Shown here: piece by piece, positions 37,351 to 45,385 of the stretch
How the letters are laid out: each line of letters opens with the position of its first letter
Numbering within the stretch: position 1 is the first letter of the stretch
Program-made: the position numbers and the translations under genes
Source: Elusimicrobiota bacterium
GTDB lineage: Bacteria > Elusimicrobiota > Elusimicrobia > UBA1565 > UBA9628
Assembly (NCBI GenBank): GCA_016209035.1
Contig: JACQWX010000029.1
Span: 1,676 to 65,675 of the forward strand
Length of the DNA: 64,000 nt
Reading direction: 5' to 3'
The notes under the pieces: generated by a model
Told to the model about the DNA's origin: nothing
Database searches by the model: none
Seen by the model: the letters and a program-made list of their open reading frames with translations, nothing else

Positions 37351-38232
37351 ATGGACGCACAGACGACCGTCAAAAGAGCGATTTCCCTGAGCGGCATCGG
37401 ACTGCACACGGGCAACGCATCCACCGTCACCTTCAGGCCCGCCCCCGCCAACGTGGGCATCCGCTTCTTCCGCACGGACCTCGTCGGCACTCCCATGATC
37501 CCGGCGAGGCTCAACTTCGTGGTCACCACGGTCCGGGGCACCAACCTGGGCTTGAACGAGGCCAAGGTGCACACGGTCGAGCACGTGCTCTCGGCCCTCA
37601 CCGGGCTGGGGATCGACAACATCGACATCCTCGTCACGGCGAACGAGCCTCCCATCATGGACGGCTCGTCCATGCCGTACGTCAAGACCCTGCTGGAGGC
37701 CGGCATCCAGGACCTCGCCGCCCCCAAGCGGGTCCTGCACCTCTCCCAGGAGGTGCGCTACGAGGACGGCAAGGCCAAGTACCGGGCGTTCCCGGCCCGG
37801 GGCTTCGAGGTCAAGGCCGTGCTCCTCCACGACCACCCCATGCTGCGCAGGTCGGCGATCACGGTGCGCATCGACCGCGACTCCTACGTCGGGGAGCTCG
37901 CCCGCAGCCGCACCTTCTGCTTCGAGCACGAGGTGGCCTACCTCCGATCCCAGGGGCTGGCGCAGGGAGGCTCCCTGGACAACGCCATCGTGATCGCCAA
38001 GGACCGCTTCATGACCAACGCCGAGGGCCTCCGTTACCCCGACGAGTTCGTCCGGCACAAGGTCATGGACCTCGTCGGGGATCTCACGCTCACCGGCAGG
38101 CCCCTCTTCGACATGCGCGTCGAGGCGGAGTGCCTCGGCCACGGCCACAACGTCGAGTTCGCCAAGAGGCTCTGCGAGGCCGCCAAGGCGATGAGGAAGC
38201 CGAAGACAAAAACGGAGAAGGTGGAGGTCTAG
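37351..38232 (+). CDS. lpxC: UDP-3-O-acyl-N-acetylglucosamine deacetylase LpxC
   Basis: Conserved blocks include ISLSGIGLHTGNASTVTFRPAPANVGIRFFRTDL, TVEHVLSAL, EPPIMDGSSMPYV and HKVMDLVGDL. The ATG at 37351 follows the lpxD stop; the listed long ORF's upstream part is out of context. Confidence 0.9.
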   Translation: MDAQTTVKRAISLSGIGLHTGNASTVTFRPAPANVGIRFFRTDLVGTPMIPARLNFVVTTVRGTNLGLNEAKVHTVEHVLSALTGLGIDNIDILVTANEPPIMDGSSMPYVKTLLEAGIQDLAAPKRVLHLSQEVRYEDGKAKYRAFPARGFEVKAVLLHDHPMLRRSAITVRIDRDSYVGELARSRTFCFEHEVAYLRSQGLAQGGSLDNAIVIAKDRFMTNAEGLRYPDEFVRHKVMDLVGDLTLTGRPLFDMRVEAECLGHGHNVEFAKRLCEAAKAMRKPKTKTEKVEV

Positions 38233-38736
38233 ATGACTGAAGAAACGGCGTCGACCCCCCCGGCTTCTCCTCCCCCCGCGGGGGGGAGGAGAGAACTTGA
38301 CATCTCCGCCATCCGCAAGGCCATCCCGCACAGATACCCCTTCCTCCTGGTGGATAAGGTCGAAATCCTGGAGGAGGACAAGAAGGCCGTGGGCACCAAG
38401 TGCGTGACCGTCAACGAGCCGTTCTTCGCCGGCCATTTCCCGGAGCATCCCATCATGCCGGGAGTGCTCGTGGTCGAGGCCATGGCCCAGACCGCGGCCG
38501 CGATGCTCCTCTCCAAGGATTCCCCGGCGCACAAGAACAAGCTCGCCTACTTCATGGGCATCAACGAGGCCAAGTTCCGCGCCCCGGTCCTGCCCGGGAC
38601 CGTGCTCAAGCTCCATGTCGAAGTCCTCAGGCTGGGCCGGGTCGGCAAGTTCCGCGGGGAGGCATTCGTGGAAGGCAAGCTCGTCGCCGAAGCGGAGATG
38701 ACTTTCGCGTTGGTTGAGCCTCGCGAGAATGCGTAG
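38233..38736 (+). CDS. fabZ: 3-hydroxyacyl-ACP dehydratase FabZ
   Basis: Conserved motifs are IPHRYPFLLVDKV, EPFFAGHFPEHPIMPGVLVVEAMAQ and FMGINEAKFRAPVLPG. Confidence 0.9.
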   Translation: MTEETASTPPASPPPAGGRRELDISAIRKAIPHRYPFLLVDKVEILEEDKKAVGTKCVTVNEPFFAGHFPEHPIMPGVLVVEAMAQTAAAMLLSKDSPAHKNKLAYFMGINEAKFRAPVLPGTVLKLHVEVLRLGRVGKFRGEAFVEGKLVAEAEMTFALVEPRENA

Positions 38737-38769
38737 CATTCTCGCAAAAATATCGAGGAGTCCATTCCC

Positions 38770-39579
38770 ATGAACGCCAATATCCATCCTTCGGCGGTTG
38801 TTGACACAACCGCCGAGATTGACCCCGCCGCGGTCGTGGGCCCCTTCGCCGTCGTCGGCCCGAAGACCGTCCTGGGTCCGGGGTGCGTCGTAGGGGCCCA
38901 TGGCGTGGTCGAGTACGCCGTCCTCGGGCGCGACAACCGCATCCATCCGAACGCCTTCGTGGGCACCCCGCCGCAGGACCTCAAGTACGCCGGCGAGGAG
39001 ACCCTCCTGGTCATGGGCGACAACAACATCGTGCGCGAGGGCGCGACTCTAAACCGCGGCACTGCCGCGAGCGGCAAGACCGTGATCGGGAGCAACTGCC
39101 TCTTCATGACCAACACCCACGTGGCGCACGACTGCCGCCTCGGCAGCGGCGTCATCATGGCCAACCTCGCCACCCTCGCGGGGCACGTCGAGGTCGGCGA
39201 CTTCTCCGTCTTTGGCGGCTTCGTCGGGGTCCACCAGTTCGTCCGCATCGGCCGCTACTGCATGATGGGAGCGGGCTCCAAGGTGGGCAAGGACATGCCC
39301 TCCTTCTGCATGTGCCAGGGAGACCGCGCGACGCTGCGGGGTTTGAACCTCATCGGCATGCGCCGCGCCGGGCTCCACCGCGACGTCGTCTCCGCCGTCA
39401 AGGAGGCCTACCGGACGCTCTTCCTCTCCGGCTTAAGGGTGGAGGAGGCGGCAGCCAAGCTCAAGACAGGCAGCCCGCCCCCCGAAGTCCTCGAGATGGT
39501 CGCCCAGGTCGAGACCTCCAAGCGCGGCGTGACCCGCCCGCCGACCGGCGCCCCGGTGGAGGAAGAGGTGACGCTCTGA
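38770..39579 (+). CDS. lpxA: Acyl-ACP--UDP-GlcNAc O-acyltransferase LpxA
   Basis: Starts IHPSAVVDTTAEIDPAAVVGPFAVVGP and has hexapeptide repeats, the catalytic block HVAHDCRLG and the C-terminal helical domain. Confidence 0.9.
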   Translation: MNANIHPSAVVDTTAEIDPAAVVGPFAVVGPKTVLGPGCVVGAHGVVEYAVLGRDNRIHPNAFVGTPPQDLKYAGEETLLVMGDNNIVREGATLNRGTAASGKTVIGSNCLFMTNTHVAHDCRLGSGVIMANLATLAGHVEVGDFSVFGGFVGVHQFVRIGRYCMMGAGSKVGKDMPSFCMCQGDRATLRGLNLIGMRRAGLHRDVVSAVKEAYRTLFLSGLRVEEAAAKLKTGSPPPEVLEMVAQVETSKRGVTRPPTGAPVEEEVTL

Positions 39580-40409
39580 AGAAGCTCGGCCTCATCGCGG
39601 GGTCCGGGGATTTCCCCCTCCTCTTCGCCAAGGAGGCGCGGCGCCAGGGAGTCGCCGTCGTGGCCCTGGCGCTCGATGGGGTGACGGACCGGTCCCTCGC
39701 TACCCTGGTCGACCAGGTCGAGTTCTTCAAGCTCGGGCAGATCGACGCGCCCATCAATATCTTCAAGGAGGCCGGCGTCACCCAGGCCGTGATGGCGGGC
39801 AAGGTCCAGCACTCCTCGCTCTTTGGCGGCTTCCTGCCCGACTGGCGCGCGGTCAAGCTCCTCGCCCGGATAGCGGACCGCCGCACGGACACCATCCTCA
39901 GGGCCGTCGCGGATGAGTTCGCCAAAGAGGGCATCCAGCTCATCTCATCCGCGACGTTCCTCTCTCATCTGATCCCCCCGGCGGGCGTTCTGACCCGACG
40001 CAAGCCCGACGCGGCCCAGCGCGCGGATTTCGCCCTCGGCTGGAAGGCCGCCAAGGCCGTGGCCGGATTCGACATCGGGCAGACCGTCGCCGTCCTGGAC
40101 GGCGCCGTCATCGCGGTGGAGGCCATGGAGGGGACCGACGCCTGCGTCCGTCGGGCGCGGGACATCCTCAACCGTCAGGGCACGAACCGCCCCCTGGTGA
40201 TCGTCAAGGTCGCCAAGCCCGGGCAGGACCCGCGCTTCGACCTCCCCGTGCTCGGGCTGGACTCTCTGCCGGTCTTCGCCGAAGCCAACGCCGGCGCGGT
40301 CGCGATCGAGGCCGGCTCCACCATGATCTTCGATATGGACGCTTTCGTGCGTCAAGCGGACCAGCAAGGCCTCGCCGTGGCGGCCATGGATGAGAAAGGA
40401 GTGCCTTGA
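39576..40409 (+). CDS. lpxI: UDP-2,3-diacylglucosamine hydrolase LpxI (DUF1009 family); no canonical in-frame start codon, so start is approximate
   Basis: Typical LpxI blocks are LGLIAGSGDFPLLFA, GVTQAVMAGKV, GFDIGQTVAV and VIVKVAKPGQDPRFDLPVLGLDS. The in-frame upstream stretch to the previous stop has no ATG/GTG/TTG, and the first plausible initiator is CTG at 39576, overlapping the lpxA stop. Confidence 0.7.
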   Translation: MKKLGLIAGSGDFPLLFAKEARRQGVAVVALALDGVTDRSLATLVDQVEFFKLGQIDAPINIFKEAGVTQAVMAGKVQHSSLFGGFLPDWRAVKLLARIADRRTDTILRAVADEFAKEGIQLISSATFLSHLIPPAGVLTRRKPDAAQRADFALGWKAAKAVAGFDIGQTVAVLDGAVIAVEAMEGTDACVRRARDILNRQGTNRPLVIVKVAKPGQDPRFDLPVLGLDSLPVFAEANAGAVAIEAGSTMIFDMDAFVRQADQQGLAVAAMDEKGVP

Positions 40410-41437
40410 TCAAGATCAAGTTCGCGGTGATCGGCGCCGGCAAGATCGGCAGCCACCACGCGCGCATCCTGAGCAAGCTCCCCGAGGTGGACCTCGTCGG
40501 CGTGTGCGACGTCAACCTCTGGAGGGCCCAGCTCGCGGCCTGGAAAACCGGCTCCGTCGCGGTCCGCGACTACCGGGACCTCCTCGGCAAGGTCGACGCC
40601 GCGGTGATCGCGGTGCCCACTCCGCTGCACTTCGAGGTCGGGGCCGCCATCCTCGGAGCCGGCAGCCACTGCCTCATCGAGAAGCCATTGGCCTCCTCCC
40701 TCGACGAGGCCAAGGCGCTCCTGGCGCTCTCCGAGTCCAAGCATGCGGTCCTGCAGGTCGGCCACGTGGAGCGGTTCAACCCGGCGGTGCTCGAGGCCAT
40801 CCCCTACGTCCGCAGTCCGCGCTTCATCACGGTTGAGCGCCTGGGCCCTTACGACCCGCGCATGAGCCACATCGGCGTAGTGCTCGACCTCATGATCCAC
40901 GACCTCGACATCCTGCTGACCCTCGTCGGCTCGGAGGTGGAGGCCATCGAGGCCGTCGGCGCCCACCTTATCTCGCCCCACGAGGACATCGCCAACGTGC
41001 GGGTGCGCTTCCGCGGCGGCTGCATCGCGGACCTCACCGCCAGCCGGATCACGTTCGAGAAGTGCCGGAAACTCCGCATCTTCCAGAAGGACTCCTACAT
41101 CTCCCTGGACTACGCCAACACGACGCTCAAGATCTACCGGCGCAAGGTGCCCGTGATCAAGAGCCTCAGGGACGTCGAGGTCATCCGCCCCAAGCTCACG
41201 CAGGCCGAGCCCCTGAGGAACGAGCTCGTCCACTTCATCGACTGCGTCCGCCACAGCCGCAAGCCCTGGCCGAGCGGCGAGCACGGAGTGGAGGCCTTGA
41301 AGCTGGCGCTCCAGATCTCCGACGAGCTCGAGCGCTACGAGGTCTCCGGCCACCGGGCGGTGCGGCCGCTCGTCCCCAGCTGGATGCAGGACCTCAAGGC
41401 CATCGCCAAGGACGTGGGGAAGGATCTGCTGCCATAG
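40406..41437 (+). CDS. Gfo/Idh/MocA-family NAD(P)-dependent oxidoreductase (candidate GnnA-like UDP-GlcNAc 3-dehydrogenase)
   Basis: The Rossmann N-terminus reads IKFAVIGAGKIGSHHARIL. EKPLA and the C-terminal alpha/beta domain are present. A TTG start overlaps the lpxI stop. It sits between lpxI and lpxB. Confidence 0.75.
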   Translation: MIKIKFAVIGAGKIGSHHARILSKLPEVDLVGVCDVNLWRAQLAAWKTGSVAVRDYRDLLGKVDAAVIAVPTPLHFEVGAAILGAGSHCLIEKPLASSLDEAKALLALSESKHAVLQVGHVERFNPAVLEAIPYVRSPRFITVERLGPYDPRMSHIGVVLDLMIHDLDILLTLVGSEVEAIEAVGAHLISPHEDIANVRVRFRGGCIADLTASRITFEKCRKLRIFQKDSYISLDYANTTLKIYRRKVPVIKSLRDVEVIRPKLTQAEPLRNELVHFIDCVRHSRKPWPSGEHGVEALKLALQISDELERYEVSGHRAVRPLVPSWMQDLKAIAKDVGKDLLP

Positions 41438-41439
41438 GC

Positions 41440-42615
41440 ATGGCGCCCGCGGCGGCCAGCCCCCCCGATGCTCGCCCCCCCGCGGGGGGGGCTCGCGACT
41501 CCTGGTGCATCGTCGTGGCCGGCGATCCCTCCGGCGACCTGCACGGCTCCCATCTCATCCGGGAGCTCAGGGCGGAGGAGCCGGGCCTTAAGACAGCCGC
41601 CGTGGGCGGCCCCTGCATGAAGCGCGCCGCCGACGAGTTCCTCGAAGACCTCTCCTCCCGCGGCTTGACCGGCTTCTGGGAGCCCCTCAAGTCCCTCGGT
41701 TTCTTCGCGAAGCTCGCCTTGCGCCTCAAGCGCTTCATGCTGCGGCGCTCTCCCCAGGCGGTCGTCTGCATCGACTACTACGGCTTCAACAGCCTCGTGC
41801 TGCGGATCGCCCGGGGGCTCGGCATCCCGTCGTACTACTACATAAGCCCCCAGGTCTGGGCGACGCGGCCCGGCCGCGTCGCGGTCTTGAAGAGGCTCAT
41901 CCGCAAGATGCTGGTCATCTTCCCCTTCGAGGAGCGGCTCTACCTCAAGGCGGGAGTCCCCTGCCTCTTCGTGGGCCACCCCCTCATCGACGTCATCCCT
42001 GACGCGCGGCCCCACCACGGCGTCGGCTCCACGCTGCGGCTCGGACTCCTGCCCGGCAGCCGCCCCGCCGAGGTGGCGCGGCACTTGCCCCTGTTCCTCG
42101 ACGCCGCCCGGCGCATCCGCCGGCACTTCCCCGACATGGAGGCCCGCGTCTTCGCCCCGGAATCCCTCGCGGACGAGCACTACGCCGCGGCGGCCGCCGC
42201 GGCGGTCCCCGTCATCCGCGAGTCCGACTACGCCGAGCGCAGCAGGCTCGACTTCGCAATCAGCTCGTCGGGCACCGCGACCCTGGAGAACGCGCTGCTG
42301 GGCATCCCCATGGTCGTCGTCTACAAGCTCTCCTGGCCGACCTACCTCATCGCCCGGGCCCTCATCCGGGTCCGGCACATCGCCATGGTCAACATCCTGG
42401 CCGGGAGGCGCCTGGTCCCCGAGCTCGTCCAATACGACGCGACGGCCGAGAGCACGGCCAAGAAGGCCCTGAGCCTGCTGGAGAACCCCAAGCGCTACGC
42501 CGCCCTGCGGCGCGAGCTCACGGCCCTGCGCCCCATGCTGGGCAAGCCCGGCACGGCACGCCGAGCCGCGCGGGAGATCATCAACGAGATGGTGCGGGCG
42601 AGGCGCGTCCCGTGA
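41440..42615 (+). CDS. lpxB: Lipid-A-disaccharide synthase LpxB
   Basis: Starts at MAPAAAS...WCIVVAGDPSGDLHGSHLIRELR. Conserved blocks include YISPQVWATRPGR, AGVPCLFVGHPL and SGTATLENALLGIPMVVVYK. The listed ORF's upstream 126 codons lack homology. Confidence 0.85.
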   Translation: MAPAAASPPDARPPAGGARDSWCIVVAGDPSGDLHGSHLIRELRAEEPGLKTAAVGGPCMKRAADEFLEDLSSRGLTGFWEPLKSLGFFAKLALRLKRFMLRRSPQAVVCIDYYGFNSLVLRIARGLGIPSYYYISPQVWATRPGRVAVLKRLIRKMLVIFPFEERLYLKAGVPCLFVGHPLIDVIPDARPHHGVGSTLRLGLLPGSRPAEVARHLPLFLDAARRIRRHFPDMEARVFAPESLADEHYAAAAAAAVPVIRESDYAERSRLDFAISSSGTATLENALLGIPMVVVYKLSWPTYLIARALIRVRHIAMVNILAGRRLVPELVQYDATAESTAKKALSLLENPKRYAALRRELTALRPMLGKPGTARRAAREIINEMVRARRVP

Positions 42616-43337
42616 TCCTGGTCCTCATCGCCGCGCTCGCCTTTGGAATGACCTTCGTGGGGGGCATGGTCCCCTCCGCGGTCGTCACCCGCGTAGGGAT
42701 GCGGCGGCTATTCGCCGTGCGCGCCGGCATCCTCCTGGCCGTGGCCTTCACGGAGATCCTGCCCGAGGGGCTCGCGCTCGACCGCGCCCTCGCGGGCTGG
42801 ACCGCGCTGGGCGCCTTCGGCCTTCTCTACGCGCTGGGCTCCCTGGCCATGCTCGACACCTGCCCGGAGTACCTCCAGGAGTGCCGGGTCCACTACCTCG
42901 GCGCCGCGGCCCTGCTCGCCCTGTCCCTGCACTCCTTCCTGGACGGGTTCAACCTGTCCGTGTCGTTCGGCGCGGGCCAGGCGGCGGGCGTCGCGGTCGG
43001 CGCGGCCGTGGTCCTGCACAAGGCCGCCGACGGCTTCACGCTCACGTCGCTCCTGCGCCAGTCCGGCCTTTCGGCGGCCCGGACCTGGACGACCCTGGCG
43101 TTCGTGGCCGCGGCCACCCCCTTGGGCTGCGCGCTGAGCAGCCTGGGCCTGGCGGACCTCCCCCCCCGGGCCGAGGCGGCCCTCCTCGGGTTCGCGGCCG
43201 GCAGCTTCGTCCACATCGGGGCGACCGACGTCCTGCCGCTGGTCCACCGGCGCGAGGACCGGCTTTCCATCCTGTTCTTCGCCCTGGCGCTCGCCGGGGT
43301 CAGCCTCCTTAAGTTCCTTCCGCGCGGCCATGGATAA
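42612..43337 (+). CDS. ZIP-family metal cation transporter (ZupT-like)
   Basis: There are 7-8 TM helices and the conserved ZIP signature LHSFLDGFNLSVSF. The GTG start overlaps the lpxB stop. Confidence 0.7.
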   Translation: MILVLIAALAFGMTFVGGMVPSAVVTRVGMRRLFAVRAGILLAVAFTEILPEGLALDRALAGWTALGAFGLLYALGSLAMLDTCPEYLQECRVHYLGAAALLALSLHSFLDGFNLSVSFGAGQAAGVAVGAAVVLHKAADGFTLTSLLRQSGLSAARTWTTLAFVAAATPLGCALSSLGLADLPPRAEAALLGFAAGSFVHIGATDVLPLVHRREDRLSILFFALALAGVSLLKFLPRGHG

Positions 43338-44772
43338 GCGCGCCATCCTCCAGAAGTTCGCCTCCTACGCCCCCTACGTGGACACCCAGATGCTGGAGAA
43401 GGCCTTCGACTACTCCATCAAGGCCCACGCCGAGCAGGCGCGCGCCTCGGGCGAGGACTACTTCGTCCACTGCCTGGCGGTGGCCGAGTCGCTCCTCGAC
43501 TGGAAGATGGACCTCCCCACGATAGCCGCGGGTCTCCTCCACGACGTCATCGAGGACACCTCGGTCACCGCCGAGAAGCTCCGGCAGTCCTTCGGCGAGG
43601 AGATCATGCGCCTGGTGGTCGCGCTCACCAAGCTCGACAAGGTGCAGTTCTCCTCGCGCGACGACGCCCAGGCAGAGAACTGGCGGCGCATGATCCTGGC
43701 CACGGCCCAGGACATCCGCGTCATCATCATCAAGCTCGCCGACCGCCTGCACAACATGCAGACGATCTCCTACCTCCCGCCCGACAAGATCGAGCGCATC
43801 GCGCACGAGACGCTCTCCCTCTACGCCCCGCTGGCCCACCGGCTCGGCATGTTCGAGATCAAGGGCTACCTTGAGGACCTCTCCTTCGCGGTCCTCCACC
43901 CCGAAGAGCACCAGGACATCGAGGCCAAGGTGCTCGCCCGCCTGCCGGCCAGAGAGGCCATGCTCTCCGAGTTCCGCAAGATGCTCGAGCACGCCCTCTC
44001 CAAGTCGGATTCGCCGCACCGCGTCCTGGCGCGCACCAAGAACCTCTACTCCATCTACATGAAGATGCAGCGCCAGAAGAAGCCCTTCGAGGATATCCAA
44101 GACGCCCTCGGCGTGCGCCTCATCACCGACACCGTCGCCGACTGCTACGCGCTGCTCGGGCTCCTCCACACCCACTTCCAGCCCGTGCCGGACACCTTCA
44201 CGGACTACATCGCCCACCCCAAGCTCAACCTCTACAAGAGCCTCCACACGACGGTCATAGGTCCCAAGGGTGAATGCATCGAGGTCCAGATCCGGACCGA
44301 GGACATGCACCGCACCGCGGAGTACGGCATCGCGGCCCACTGGCGCTACAAGACCGGGGAGGCATCCAAGGACGCGCACCTGGAGGAGAAGCTCAACTGG
44401 CTGCGCCAGTGGATCGAGTGGCTCCAGGACCTCGACAGCCCCCGGGAGTTCCTAGACAGCCTCAAGACCGACCTCGACCTCTACCAGGTCTTCGTCTTCA
44501 CCCCGCTGGGCGACGTCAAGGCCCTGGTCCAAGACGCCACCCCCATCGACTTCGCCTACGCGGTCCACACCGACATCGGCCACTCCTGCGTCGGCGCCCG
44601 GGTCAACAACAAGATGGTCAAGCTCGACACCCATCTCAAGTCCGGCGACATCGTCGAGATCCTCACCAAGAAGAACTCGACCCCCAAGAGGGACTGGCTC
44701 AAGGTGGTCAAATCCGCCCGCGCCCGCTCCAAGATCCGCCGCTGGCTCAGGGAGAAGGGGATCGCCGCCTAG
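43330..44772 (+). CDS. rel: RelA/SpoT-homolog (p)ppGpp synthetase/hydrolase, short form (HD + synthetase + TGS; no C-terminal ZFD/ACT region)
   Basis: The HD hydrolase has HCLAVAESL...LLHDVIEDT. The synthetase has RTKNLYSIYMKMQRQKKPFEDIQDALGVRLI and YKSLHTTVIGPKGECIEVQIRTEDMHRTAEYGIAAHWRYK. The TGS has YQVFVFTPLGDVKALVQDATPIDFAYAVHTDIGHSCVGARVNNKMVKL. The protein ends ~40 aa after the TGS. Confidence 0.85.
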   Translation: MDKRAILQKFASYAPYVDTQMLEKAFDYSIKAHAEQARASGEDYFVHCLAVAESLLDWKMDLPTIAAGLLHDVIEDTSVTAEKLRQSFGEEIMRLVVALTKLDKVQFSSRDDAQAENWRRMILATAQDIRVIIIKLADRLHNMQTISYLPPDKIERIAHETLSLYAPLAHRLGMFEIKGYLEDLSFAVLHPEEHQDIEAKVLARLPAREAMLSEFRKMLEHALSKSDSPHRVLARTKNLYSIYMKMQRQKKPFEDIQDALGVRLITDTVADCYALLGLLHTHFQPVPDTFTDYIAHPKLNLYKSLHTTVIGPKGECIEVQIRTEDMHRTAEYGIAAHWRYKTGEASKDAHLEEKLNWLRQWIEWLQDLDSPREFLDSLKTDLDLYQVFVFTPLGDVKALVQDATPIDFAYAVHTDIGHSCVGARVNNKMVKLDTHLKSGDIVEILTKKNSTPKRDWLKVVKSARARSKIRRWLREKGIAA

Positions 44773-44803
44773 ACCCCATGAAGCCCGACCACCCGAGGTT
44801 CAT

Positions 44804-44980
44804 GTGCTCTACAAGATCCCGGTCGTGGTGATGGGCGAGAACCGGACTTTCAAAGGCCCGGAGAGCTACTCCCGCAAGCGCGTCGAGCTCGTCAACCTGG
44901 ACCTCAAGGGATGCCGGGACATGATGGCGGACTTCATCAGGCGCCGGCCCGAGCTCTGGAACGAGGACATCGGGGTCTGA
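44804..44980 (+). CDS. Small hypothetical protein (58 aa, GTG start), not in ORF track
   Basis: The translation is VLYKIPVVVMGENRTFKGPESYSRKRVELVNLDLKGCRDMMADFIRRRPELWNEDIGV. GC3 is above 90%, as in genuine genes of this genome. It lies between the rel gene and a convergent gene, with no recognised family. Confidence 0.35.
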   Translation: MLYKIPVVVMGENRTFKGPESYSRKRVELVNLDLKGCRDMMADFIRRRPELWNEDIGV

Positions 44981-44992
44981 AATAGGACCCAT

Positions 44993-45385
44993 CTACGCTT
45001 TGCGCGAGCGGAGCCTGTCTTCGAACTCGGAGAAGCGAAGCACGCGCGCGCCCTCCGAGCGCGCCTCGTCCGCCAGGGCGCCGTCCTCGGTCACCACCAC
45101 GGCCCCGCGGCCGGAGAACCCCAGGAGCCTAACCACGCCCAGGATCATGTCGTCGGCCCGGGCCTCGGCGGAGAACCTGATGCGCAGGCCCGCGTAGGGC
45201 CCGCCCACGTCCCTGGCCCGGCCGTCGAAGAAGACCTCCACCTGGAACTTCCCCAACGCGCCCCCGGAGAGTCGGTCGAGCCGCGAGAGCCAGGTCAGGG
45301 TCCTGCGCTCCTCGACCGCGGGGAAGCGCGGGTCATAGTCGTGCCGCCGCACCGCGTTCGAGCCGTCGACCAGGTATGTCCTCAT
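44993..45385 (-). CDS. NYN-domain (YacP/Rae1-like) predicted ribonuclease
   Basis: The 130-aa protein has MRTYLVDGSNAVRR, an acidic residue pattern and VVVTEDGAL, which are typical of YacP-like NYN/PIN-like proteins. Confidence 0.6.
   Translation of the reverse strand: MRTYLVDGSNAVRRHDYDPRFPAVEERRTLTWLSRLDRLSGGALGKFQVEVFFDGRARDVGGPYAGLRIRFSAEARADDMILGVVRLLGFSGRGAVVVTEDGALADEARSEGARVLRFSEFEDRLRSRKA

Noticed and set aside
36745-38946. 733-aa minus-strand ORF
   Set aside because: It is antisense to lpxD-lpxC-fabZ-lpxA, which have unmistakable conserved motifs on the plus strand.
43309-44379. 356-aa minus-strand ORF
   Set aside because: It is antisense to the rel gene.
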